Shown piece by piece: positions 8,430-17,891 of a DNA stretch of 64,000 nt. Numbering within the stretch: the stretch's first letter is position 1; every line of letters begins with the position of its first letter. The DNA lies in contig CAVZVA010000009.1 in assembly GCA_963778655.1 (NCBI GenBank), positions 1,216,001 to 1,280,000 on the forward strand, in the 5' to 3' direction. Below the pieces are notes generated by a model that did not search any database, was not told the DNA's origin, and saw only the letters and a list, made by a program, of their open reading frames with translations. Position numbers and translations under genes: made by a program. Source of the DNA: an uncultured delta proteobacterium. GTDB lineage: Bacteria; Myxococcota_A; Polyangia; Polyangiales; JAFGIB01.

Positions 8430-11105
8430 TCAGAACGCGTTGCCCACGGTGAACTGGAAGGCGACGTTGTCCTCGTAGGGCTTGCGCGGGTTGAACGGGA
8501 AGCCCCACTCGAAGCGCAGCGGGCCGAGCGGGGAGAACCAGCGCACGCCGAAGCCCCAGGACTCGCGTAGCAGGAAGGGATTGACCTTGCAGGGGTCGGT
8601 CGCGGCGTCGCCCGAGCGCGGCGCGGGCCGGCACAGCGTCCGCTCCAGGTTCCAGGCGTTGCCGCCGTCCTGGAAGACCACGCCCTTGATGCCCACCGAC
8701 TGGATGATCGGGAACTCCACCTCGAGGTTGTAATAAAAGCGCATGTTGCCCCCGATCGACGTGCCCCGGGGGTCCACCTGCAGGAAGGTCGGGTCGTTGT
8801 AGCTGCTGGGGCTCCCCAGCCGCGGGCCGACGCTCTGCAGCGGAAAGCCGCGGATGTCGAAGATGCCGCCGAGGAAGAAGCGCTCGAACACAGGCACGCC
8901 AGTGCCGCTGCGCGAGGTGATCAGCCCCCAATCGACGTTCATCTTGGCGACCAGCGGTCCGATCAGGGGGTGGTAAGCGCGGAAGTTGAGCAGATGCTCG
9001 ATGAAGTTGCTCTGGGACAGCGTGGCCGTGTCGGAGAACTCGGTCGAGCCGGTGATATACAGGCCCTTGCTGGGGAACAGGCGGTTGTCGCGCGTGTCGT
9101 AGGTCAGCGACAGGCGGATGCTGCTGGTGCGCCCGCTGCGGAACAGGTTGCGCAGCGGCAGAAAGGCGAAGCGCGAGTACAGCGCCCCGGACGAACCGAA
9201 AGTGCCTCCGGTCGCGGGCGTGATGTTGACGTACTCGAGACGGTAGTTGACGAAGAGCCGCAGGTCGTCGCTGATGAAGTACAGCGGATGGCCGAAGGTC
9301 AGGTTGCCGCCGGTCGAGTCGCGGTTGAACGCGCTGAGCTGCAACAGGTTCTTGAACAGCTCGATCGCCATGGTCCAATCGGTGCTGTACAGATAGGGCT
9401 CGACGAAGCGGATCTGCGCCAGCTGGCGGATGCCCGAGAGCTGCAGGTTCAGGCCCAGCGACTGGCCGCGGCCGAACAAGTTCTCCTGTTGGATCTGGCC
9501 GGTCAGCAGGAAGGTCTCCTGCGAAGAGAAGCCCGCGCCGAGCTGGAAGGTGCCGGTGGCGCGTTCGGTGACCTCGAAATTGATCACGATGCGGTCGGGC
9601 GTGGCGCCATCTTCCTCCGCGACGTCGACCTTCTCGAAGTACCCGAGCGACATCATGCGCTCCTTGGAGCGCTCGACCAGCGTCTGGCTGTAGAGCTGAC
9701 CCTCGACGATGCGCGCCTCGCGCCGCAGCACCTCGTCGCGGGTCTTCGTGTTGCCCTTGATATTAATGCGCTGGATGTAGACCAGCGGGCCGCGCCGGAT
9801 CGAGATCACCATGTCGACGATGCGCGTGTCCATGTGCAGGTCGGTCTGCGGGTTGATCTCGACGTGCGCGTAGCCCTTGTCGCGATAGAAACGCGTGACT
9901 TCCTGCAGGTTCTTGGCCACCACCGAGCGGCTGAACCAGTCGCCGGGGTTCAGCTCGATGCTCTCGCGCAGCTTCTTGCGGCCCTGCAGCGGCTCGATCT
10001 CGTTGCCGGCCTGATCGACCTCCGTGGCTTTGACGCGGCCGAGCCTGAAGCGCGGCCCTTCCTTGATACTGAGCGTGATGTCGATGTGACGGCGGTCCGG
10101 CGTGAGGTCGATGCGGGGCTCGGCGATCTCCACCGTCAGGTAGCCGTAGTCGTAGTAGAGCGCCTGCAGGCGGTTGACGTCCTCGTCGATCACCTCCTTG
10201 CGATAGCGGTTGTTCGAGCTGAGAAACGACAGGAAGCCCGTCTCGCTGGTCTGCATCACGCCGCGCAGCTCGCTGTCGCTCAGGTTCTGGTTGCCGATGA
10301 AACGCAACCGGCGCACGGTCACCTGCTCTCCCTCGTCGATCACGAAGCGCACGGTGACCTCGTTGTGCGGCTTCGGCTCGAGCTTGTAGCTGACCTGCGC
10401 CAGGAAGAAGCCCTTCTCGGCATACAGCTTCTTGATCTTGTCGAGCTGCTCCCGCACCGCCGGCTCGGCGAGCACCGAGCCCTGCTCCAGCGTGACCTTC
10501 TCCTTGATGTCGCTGGTCTCGATTTCGTCGTTGCCCGAGTAGGCGACCTCCGCGATCGCGGGCCGCTCCTGGACCCGGTAGGTCAGCACGATGCCGCCCT
10601 TGGTCGGCGTGGCCTCGACCTGGATGTCCTTGAAGTAACCCATGTCCCAGAGCGCGTGGACGTCGCGGGTGACGTCGGCGTCGGCGCAGGGGGTGCCGGC
10701 CCGCTGGCGAATCGTCGCCAGGATGTCGTCCTTGGACACGCGTCCCTGTCCGCGGATCTCGAGCCGGACAATCTTCTTGCCGTCGCACATCGTGGTGGGC
10801 GCGCCGGGACCGGATGGGGGCTCGGACGCCGGCTGGCTCGGGCTCGGGCCGGGGCCTGCGTCGGGCTGGGCAGCGCCGCCCGCGTCGGGCTCGGCCGCCG
10901 CGGTTTGCGTCGCGGCTCCGGCGTCGGCGCCGCCGTTGCTCGCCCCTCCCGCGTCCGCGACGTTCGGAACCCCCCCGTCCTGCGGTGGCGCGACCGGCTC
11001 CACGCGCTGCGCGCTCGCCGGGACCGCACACGCCAGCACCAGCAGCCCCGCCAAGGCGCGGAGCTGGCTGCGGCGCAGTTTGCGGTCCAAGAGGAATGCG
11101 GCCAT
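8430..11105 (-). CDS. bamA: Outer membrane protein assembly factor BamA
   Basis: POTRA repeats (GNTKTRDEVLRRE), IRGF loop motif, WFSPLGPLRFEWG, C-terminal F. Confidence 0.97.
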   Translation of the reverse strand: MAAFLLDRKLRRSQLRALAGLLVLACAVPASAQRVEPVAPPQDGGVPNVADAGGASNGGADAGAATQTAAAEPDAGGAAQPDAGPGPSPSQPASEPPSGPGAPTTMCDGKKIVRLEIRGQGRVSKDDILATIRQRAGTPCADADVTRDVHALWDMGYFKDIQVEATPTKGGIVLTYRVQERPAIAEVAYSGNDEIETSDIKEKVTLEQGSVLAEPAVREQLDKIKKLYAEKGFFLAQVSYKLEPKPHNEVTVRFVIDEGEQVTVRRLRFIGNQNLSDSELRGVMQTSETGFLSFLSSNNRYRKEVIDEDVNRLQALYYDYGYLTVEIAEPRIDLTPDRRHIDITLSIKEGPRFRLGRVKATEVDQAGNEIEPLQGRKKLRESIELNPGDWFSRSVVAKNLQEVTRFYRDKGYAHVEINPQTDLHMDTRIVDMVISIRRGPLVYIQRINIKGNTKTRDEVLRREARIVEGQLYSQTLVERSKERMMSLGYFEKVDVAEEDGATPDRIVINFEVTERATGTFQLGAGFSSQETFLLTGQIQQENLFGRGQSLGLNLQLSGIRQLAQIRFVEPYLYSTDWTMAIELFKNLLQLSAFNRDSTGGNLTFGHPLYFISDDLRLFVNYRLEYVNITPATGGTFGSSGALYSRFAFLPLRNLFRSGRTSSIRLSLTYDTRDNRLFPSKGLYITGSTEFSDTATLSQSNFIEHLLNFRAYHPLIGPLVAKMNVDWGLITSRSGTGVPVFERFFLGGIFDIRGFPLQSVGPRLGSPSSYNDPTFLQVDPRGTSIGGNMRFYYNLEVEFPIIQSVGIKGVVFQDGGNAWNLERTLCRPAPRSGDAATDPCKVNPFLLRESWGFGVRWFSPLGPLRFEWGFPFNPRKPYEDNVAFQFTVGNAF

Positions 11106-11224
11106 GTGACGCGAATGGCGGTGGGCCGCGTTAGTGCTCCGACCGGTTGGTATCGATCTCGGATGGTGTCCGAGCAGGGTTGGATGCGAAGCCGCCGGAC
11201 CGCGGGATTCTGCGAGTCTTGCGC

Positions 11225-11253
11225 CCTATAGCTTTGCCGCTGCCAGGGGTCAA
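11225..11253 (-). promoter_or_regulatory. Putative sigma70 promoter for bamA
   Basis: TTGACC-N17-TATAGG on the minus strand. Confidence 0.4.
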
Positions 11254-11278
11254 GCTCGGGGTGAGCCTCGAGGCGGCC

Positions 11279-11983
11279 TCACGCGCCGTTCTTGAGGTCG
11301 CTCTCGATGCGGCCATCGAGCATGTGCACGATCCGCGGCATCTGCTCGGCCAGATCGCGGCTGTGGGTCACCACCAAGAAGGTCGTGCCGCGGGACTCGT
11401 TGAGCCGGAACAGCAGCTCGTGCATGGTGCGGCCGGTGGCCGTGTCGAGGTTGCCGGTTGGTTCGTCGGCCAACACCAGCCGCGGGCTCATGATCAACGC
11501 GCGTGCCAGCGCCACGCGCTGCTGCTCGCCTCCCGACAGCTCCCCGGGACGATGGGTGAGCCGCTCGGCGAGCCCTACCTCGGCCAGCAGGTCCGTGGCG
11601 CGCTGGGCCAGCGGCTCAGGACGTTCGCCGCGGATGCGGCCCGGCATCATCACGTTTTCGAGCGCGGTGAACTCCGGCAGCAGGTGGTGGAACTGGAACA
11701 CGAAACCGATGCAGCGGTTGCGAAATTCGGCCAGTCTCGCGCTCGAATAGCCGGTGACGTCGTCGCCGTCGTAGTAGATCTTGCCCTCGCTGGGCAGATC
11801 GAGCGTGCCCAGCAGGTGGAGCAGGGTGCTCTTACCGGCGCCCGAAGGGCCCACGATGCACAGCATCTCGCCTTCGTCGATCTGCAGGTCGATGCCGCGC
11901 AGGATCGGCACCGTGCGACCCTCATGCACGAAGGCCTTCTTCACGTTTTCGACCACGACCAGCGGTTTGGGGTCTGTGCTCAT
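11279..11983 (-). CDS. lolD: Lipoprotein-releasing ABC transporter ATPase LolD
   Basis: [43 protein letters not shown]. Start is MSTDPKP at 11983. Confidence 0.93.
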   Translation of the reverse strand: MSTDPKPLVVVENVKKAFVHEGRTVPILRGIDLQIDEGEMLCIVGPSGAGKSTLLHLLGTLDLPSEGKIYYDGDDVTGYSSARLAEFRNRCIGFVFQFHHLLPEFTALENVMMPGRIRGERPEPLAQRATDLLAEVGLAERLTHRPGELSGGEQQRVALARALIMSPRLVLADEPTGNLDTATGRTMHELLFRLNESRGTTFLVVTHSRDLAEQMPRIVHMLDGRIESDLKNGA

Positions 11984-12009
11984 TTTCGCCAGGCGGCGCG
12001 TCCGGGCTG

Positions 12010-14252
12010 CTACTCGTAGCGCAGCGCGTCGACCGGGCGCAGCCGGCTTGCCAGCAGCGCCGGATAGATGGTGATCACCAGGCACACCACCACCGCCGCG
12101 ATGCCGGTGAGGCTGAACTCGGTCGCATCGACGTGCACGGGAAGGCGATCGATATAGTACACTTCGGGATTCATGCGTATGCCGAAGTGCTCGGCGGCAA
12201 AGCACGCCAGGTAGCCCAGAAACAGCCCGAGCGCCGCGCCCAGCACCCCGATCAAGCCGCCTTCGATCACGAACACGGACACCACGGCGCGATCGGAGCT
12301 GCCCATCGCCTTGAGCACCGCCACCTCGCGCCCCTTCTCCTGGACCATCAGGGTGAGCGTGCCCGCGATGCAGAAGCTCGCCACCAGAATCGCGATCCCC
12401 AGCGCTACGAACATCGCCAGCTTCTCCAGCGCCAGCGCGCCGAACAGCCGGCTGTTGAGCTGTTCCCAGTCGCGCACGCGCAAGCCAAGGCCGGCCAGCG
12501 CCGTGCGGATCGCGGCCGCGCTCTCCGGTGCGCGCTCGACGTCGCGCACGCGCACCTCGACCCCGCTGACGGTGTCTCCGGTGTTCAGGAACTTCTGCGC
12601 GGTGCCGAGCGCGACGTAGGTGAACTTCATGTCGTACTCGTACATGCCGCTGTAGAAGATGCCGGCGACCCGGAACGGGCGCGACTTCGGCATCGGCCCC
12701 GAGGGCCCCAGCGCACCGAGCGGTGCGACCACGTTGACCTCGTCGCCCACGTACAGCCGCAGCGCGCGCGCTAGCTCCTGGCCGATCACGATGCCCGGCA
12801 GCAGCTCGCGGTGCTCGGGCTCGGCGTCGGCGGGCTTCGAATCGCGCAGAAAGGCCTCGAGCGACGCGAGCTTCTTCTCCAAGTCGAGCTTCGCGCCTGC
12901 AGCCGCCTTGCTCGCGCCGGCGCCGGGCCGAGCGCCCGCCGCGAGCAAAGGCGGTCCCGCGTCCGGGGCGGCCTCTGAGGTCGCCGTGGCCAGGGCGCCC
13001 GCATCCGCCGGGGCGCCCGCGTCCGCCGGCCCTGCGTCCGCCGGCGCACCGGCGTCCGCGCGCTCCAGTCGCGCTAGCTTGCCGTGGCCCAGGATCAGCG
13101 GGCCGCCACGCATCACGTCGGGCGGCAAGTCGAGCATGCGCTCCGGGTGCTCGAGGTATTCGAGCTTGCCGCTGGTCAGGTTGCGCGGCAGGTCGTTGAC
13201 CTTGCCGATGCGTTGCGGATCGAATCCCGCGCAGCACTGCGGTGGCCAGGTTGCTCGCGCTCGAGAGCATCACCTCGCCGCTGACGAAAGGCGCGGCGCC
13301 GACCACGTCCCGGGCCTTGGCGATCTTCTGCACCAGCGGCCGCCAGTTGGGGATGCGCACCGGGTCGTGCGCGCGGTCGACCACGATGTGGGCGTTGTTG
13401 CCCAGGATCTTGCGCTTGAGATCGCTGCGAAACCCGCCCATCACCGACAGCGTCGTGGTCAGCGAGCAGCACGAGAGGCTCACCGCCAGCACCGACAGAA
13501 TGCTGATCGCGGTTAGAAACCCACTCATCTTGGAGCGCAGGTGGCGCGCCGCCACCAGCGGCTCGAAGCCCGTGCGCTCGACCGCGTCGAGCCCGAACGG
13601 CAGCACGCGCACCATCAGCCTGGCCACGCCCAGCGCGATCAATGCCAGCCTGAGCACCGGCAGCGCGAGCGCCTGCGGCGCGTGCTCTGGCGGCCGCGCC
13701 GGCAGGGCCCACAGCGCGAAGCCCACGGCCAGCGTGAGCAAGACGTCGAATACCACCCAGGCGCGTGCGCGCAGCGGGCGCTGCACCAGAAACCACGCGC
13801 CGATGCTGCCGCCCAGGCAGCACAGCGCGCCGATCGCAGCGAGCAGCGCGGCCGGCCACAGCAGCGGCATGAAGCCCCTGGGCACGCTCAGCCCCAGCCC
13901 CGACTGCAATAGCCGCAGCGCTTCGGGCTGGGCGAACACCGTGACCACGCCGGCGCCGCCCAGCGCGTGGGCCACGCCGCCCAGCGAGAGCGCGAGCAGG
14001 CGTGCCCGGCCGTAGCTCTGGCGCGGCCTTCTGCGCTGGCGAAGCGCCAGCCAGAGCCCGAGGCCCAGCAGCAGGGCGCCGTCGATCGCCGCGGCCGCGA
14101 TCAGCGCCCGGGCGATCTTGGCGTCGAGCAAGGCGCGCAGCAGCAGGTCCTCGTGCTGCAAGCCGAAGCCGACCTCGGCCAGCAGAGATCACCGGAGCCA
14201 GAGCGGCGTAGACGCCGGTCAGCAGCCCCGCGCGCTGTGGCGACCGCGTCAT
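12010..14252 (-). CDS. lolC: Lipoprotein-releasing permease LolC/E with N-terminal multi-TM extension; two apparent single-base frameshifts (~14186, ~13223)
   Basis: LSVMGGF...KILG and [36 protein letters not shown] lie in different frames. Removing one base at each site gives a continuous ORF from an ATG overlapping the lysS stop. Confidence 0.85.
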
Positions 14253-15841
14253 CGGGGCTCGGGCTTGAGCAATGGGAAGAGCAGGACGTCGCGGATCGAG
14301 CTCTGGTTGCACAGCAGCATCACCAGCCGATCGATGCCCACGCCCAGGCCCGCTGCCGGCGGCATGCCGTGCTGCAGCGCGCGCACGTAGTCGTGGTCGA
14401 AGTCCATCGCCTCCTCGTCGCCCCGCTGCTTGTTCTCGAGCTGGGCGGTGAAGCGTGCGGCCTGATCGTCTGGGTCGTTGAGCTCGCTGAAGGCGTTGCA
14501 CACCTCGCGCTGCTCGATGAACAGCTCGAAGCGGTCCACGAAGCGCGGGTCGCCCTCATTGCGCCGTGCGAGCGGCGAAGCCTCGACCGGGTGCTCGGTG
14601 ACAAACACAGGCAGCGCGTGCGAGCCGTCCGCGGTGCGATACAGCCGCGGCAGGCGCGGCTCGGCCACCAGCTCGAACAGCGCCAGCACGCGCTCGCCGT
14701 AGCTGCGGCAGGCGCCGAGCTGCTTGCGCGCGTCGGCCGACAGCTGGGGTAGCACGCGCTCGCAGGCGGCCGCTAGCTTGTGCTCGTCCTGCACGGTCTC
14801 GCGCGTGAGCACGCCGCGCCACGGCTCGGGCTCGTCGCCTGCAGCGAGCCCCGTGCTGGCGACGATCGCCTCGCGCATGGTGACCCGCACGAAAGCCGGC
14901 TCCAGGTCGAAGGGACGGTCCCTGCATAGCTCCGGGAACCCGACCGCCACCTGGGCGTCGACCTCGCGCAGCATCTGCTCGCACAGATCCAGCAGATCCT
15001 CGTAGGTGGCGTAGGCCATGTACAGCTCGAGCAGGGTGAACTCCGGATTGTGGCGCGTGCTCACGCCCTCGTTGCGGAAGGTGCGCGCAATCTCGTAGAC
15101 GCGGTCGATGCCACCGACTACCAGGCGCTTGAGGTACAGCTCGGGCGCCACGCGCAAGAACAGCGGGATGTCGAGCGCGTTGTGGTGCGTGGTGAAGGGG
15201 CGGGCCGTGGCACCTCCGAGCAGCGGGTGCAGCACCGGCGTCTCCACCTCGAGAAAGCCGCGCGCCTCGAGAAAGCCGCGCAACGCGCGCACCAGCAGGC
15301 TGCGCGCCCTGAACACCTGCATCACCTCGGGATTGGCGAACAGGTCCACGTAGCGCTCGCGGTAGCGCTTCTCCACGTCCTGCAGGCCGTGCCACTTGTC
15401 GGGCGGAGGCAGCAGCGCCTTGGCCAGGTGGCGGTAGCGCTGCACCTTGACCGTGGCGGCCCCGGTCCGCGTGCGCAGCAGCGGCCCCCATACTGCGACG
15501 TGGTCGGCCAGGTCCAGCGCCTTGTACTGGTCGGCCTGTTCAGGCGGCAGCTCGTCGGGCCTGATCAGCGCCTGCGCGCTGCCGTAGGGCGTCTGGATCA
15601 CGATGAAGGGCCCGCGCTTGGCCATCACCCGCCCGTAGAGGGGATACTGCGGCGCGTCCGCCGAGGCTTCACCTTCGCTCGGCAGCTCGGCGCAGCGCTG
15701 CGGGTCGCTCGCGATCGCCAGCAGCTCGCGCCGGGGCGCGTCGTCGCCCTGGAAGTCGTTGGGGTAGGGCGGTACCCCCACCTCCGCCAGCCGCTGCACA
15801 TGCTTTCTGCGTGCCGCGATCAGCTCTTCCTCGCTGGCCAT
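14249..15841 (-). CDS. lysS: Lysine--tRNA ligase (class II)
   Basis: [66 protein letters not shown]. Confidence 0.97.
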   Translation of the reverse strand: MASEEELIAARRKHVQRLAEVGVPPYPNDFQGDDAPRRELLAIASDPQRCAELPSEGEASADAPQYPLYGRVMAKRGPFIVIQTPYGSAQALIRPDELPPEQADQYKALDLADHVAVWGPLLRTRTGAATVKVQRYRHLAKALLPPPDKWHGLQDVEKRYRERYVDLFANPEVMQVFRARSLLVRALRGFLEARGFLEVETPVLHPLLGGATARPFTTHHNALDIPLFLRVAPELYLKRLVVGGIDRVYEIARTFRNEGVSTRHNPEFTLLELYMAYATYEDLLDLCEQMLREVDAQVAVGFPELCRDRPFDLEPAFVRVTMREAIVASTGLAAGDEPEPWRGVLTRETVQDEHKLAAACERVLPQLSADARKQLGACRSYGERVLALFELVAEPRLPRLYRTADGSHALPVFVTEHPVEASPLARRNEGDPRFVDRFELFIEQREVCNAFSELNDPDDQAARFTAQLENKQRGDEEAMDFDHDYVRALQHGMPPAAGLGVGIDRLVMLLCNQSSIRDVLLFPLLKPEPR

Positions 15842-16989
15842 CTAGCTCTGCCCTCGCTCTGGGGTGCCGTGTTCGCCGGCGGCTTTCAGGAGATAGGCCT
15901 CGATGAAGTCGTCGAGGTCGCCGTCCAGCACGCCGTCCACGTCGCTGCTCTTGTAGTCCGTCCGTTCGTCCTTGACCATCGTGTAGGGCTGCAGGGTGTA
16001 GCTTCGGACCTGCGAGCCGAACGCGATCGCGAGCTGCTGATTGGTGTAGTTCTTGGCGAACGCCGCCTCGCGTTCCTGGCGCTGCTTCTCGTATAGACGA
16101 CCGCGCAGCATCTTCATCGCGGTCGAGCGGTTCTTGTGCTGGGAGCGCTCGGCCTGGCATGCGACCACGATCCCGCTCGGCAGGTGGGTGAGGCGCACCG
16201 CAGACTCGGTGCGGTTGACGTGCTGGCCGCCGGCGCCGCTGCTGCGGTAGGTGTCGACGCGCAGATCCTCGGGCTTGATCTCGACGTCCTCCACGTCGTC
16301 GTCGCCCAGGTCGGGCACTACGAACACGCCGGCGAACGCGGTGTGCCGGCGCGCGTTGGCGTCGAAAGGACTGATGCGGATGAGGCGGTGGACGCCGTTT
16401 TCCGCGCGCAGGAAGCCGTAGGCATGGCGGCCCTGCACGGTGAACGAGGCGTCCTTGATGCCGGCTTCGTCGCCGGGCTGCAGGCTCACGAATCTCGGTC
16501 TTGAAGCCCTTGCGCTCGCACCAGCGCAGGTACATCCGCATCAGCATCTCGGCCCAGTCCTGGGCGTCCACCCCGCCCGCGCCGGGGCTGATCGAGACGA
16601 TGGCGTCGGCCTGGTCGTGCGGGCCGGAGAGCATGCGCTCGAGCTCCAGCTCTCGCATCTGTCGCTCGAGCTCCGCGACCTGGCCGCCGAGCTCCTCGAC
16701 CAGGGCCGCATCGCCCTCGCCCTCGGCCAGCTCCAGCAACTCGGTGAGCTCGCTCAACTCGCGGCGGGCGCGATCGAAGCGCCCCAGCGTCTGCTCCACG
16801 CCCGCGCGCTCGTTCAGCAGCCGCTTGGCGGCGTCCGGGTCGTCCCAGAAGCCCTCGCGCAGCGTCTTGTTGTTCAGGCCGTCGAGCTCGCGGCGCAACC
16901 CGTCGACGTCAAAGATACCTCCCCAGCGTCTGCAGACGCTGCGTGAGGCTGCCGAGGTTGTCTCGGATCTCCGACGCGGACATGGTCAT
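15842..16989 (-). CDS. prfB: Peptide chain release factor 2, with programmed +1 frameshift and a second probable error frameshift (~16491)
   Basis: GGG AGG TAT CTT TGA C slip site, GAGGVDAQDWAEML, SPF motif (RISPFD), GAGGQHVN. Confidence 0.96.
16908..16923 (-). promoter_or_regulatory. prfB programmed +1 ribosomal frameshift site
   Basis: Minus strand GGGAGGTATCTTTGAC: internal SD followed by CTT TGA C. Confidence 0.95.
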
Positions 16990-17077
16990 GCTGGGCGGCC
17001 CTGCTCGAGTGGCGCATGGGGTAGCCCGCTGGCCGAGCGCTGTCAACGCGAGCCAGCCGCCCCCCGGCCGAGTCGGC

Positions 17078-17162
17078 GCCAATGCGGAGCGAAGCGACCC
17101 CGCGGGAGGGGGGGCCCCGTTGGGCTTTGCCCAACCGGCGGGAGGGGACCGTGTCCCTCGCG
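17078..17162 (+). repeat. REP-like intergenic repeat, copy 1
   Basis: Homologous to the reverse complement of 61207-61286. Internal hairpin GTTGGGC-TTT-GCCCAAC. Confidence 0.75.
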
Positions 17163-17237
17163 GTCACAGAAGTCTCGCGAGGCCCGGCCTCAATGCGCGT
17201 AAATCGACTGTCTCGCGGGTCTGAGGCGCAGCGCTCG

Positions 17238-17627
17238 CTAGCGCTTGCGACCACCGACCAGCTTGGCGTAGAGCACCGGGCCAAGGCTCTCGACCATCAG
17301 CCTCTCGACCGTGGTCTCGACCTGCTCGCGCTCGAGCTCGGACTCGAACACGAAGCCGATGCCCATGCCGACGTCGCGCCCTTCGGCCTGTTCGGGGGTG
17401 ACAATCCACTGTACCTTGCCCTTGAGCACTACCGGCTCGGGCAGGCCCGGCACACCCAGCTTGAACACGAAGTCGGTGCCGACCTCGAGCGGGCGGTCGG
17501 TGGAGATGAAGGTGCCGCCGCGGCTGATGTTCTTGGTGTAGTCCGCGAAGAACGAGTTGAGCCGCTTGTACTCGACCCGCAGCTCGATCGGCGCCCGCGG
17601 CGTGTTGCGACGGTCGCTCTCGTCCAC
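17238..17627 (-). CDS. PilZ-domain protein (TIGR02266 family)
   Basis: RRNTPR (RxxxR), NISRGGTFI (NxSxxG), GMGIGF. Confidence 0.92.
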   Translation of the reverse strand: MDESDRRNTPRAPIELRVEYKRLNSFFADYTKNISRGGTFISTDRPLEVGTDFVFKLGVPGLPEPVVLKGKVQWIVTPEQAEGRDVGMGIGFVFESELEREQVETTVERLMVESLGPVLYAKLVGGRKR

Positions 17628-17760
17628 CGATCAAGGGTAGGGCCGCGGCTGCCAGTCCGTCAAAAACCGGGGGTTATGTATCGAATGTGAATCTACCAGG
17701 GCTGCGCAGGACGACCGGATCCGAGCCCTATACCGTGCCCTGATTTGGGGGTACGGATCC

Positions 17761-17790
17761 TGTGCAAAGGCGAATGAAACCGTTTGCACA
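17761..17790. promoter_or_regulatory. Palindromic candidate enhancer (bEBP) site
   Basis: TGTGCAAA-N14-TTTGCACA, about 75-100 bp upstream of a sigma54 motif. Confidence 0.5.
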
Positions 17791-17862
17791 AGCTGGGCAT
17801 GCCGGAACACATGCAGCCGAAGAGATCCGCTTGAGATTCCCCAAATCTGGACGGATCGCTCG

Positions 17863-17879
17863 TGGCACAACCTGTGCAA
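17863..17879 (+). promoter_or_regulatory. Putative sigma54 (-24/-12) promoter
   Basis: TGGCACAACCTGTGCAA: GG-N10-GC. Confidence 0.65.
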
Positions 17880-17891
17880 GCTAAGCCAGAC

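Noticed and set aside
11279..14161. 960-aa ORF looking like a permease-ATPase fusion
   Set aside because: Artefact of the frameshift at ~13223. The middle is off-frame sequence, and lolD has its own start at 11983.
15669..16898. RF2 N-half ORF with an Arg-rich tail, suggesting a pseudogene or double recoding
   Set aside because: The second shift has no slippery or SD context and shares the GATC error signature. RF2 is essential.
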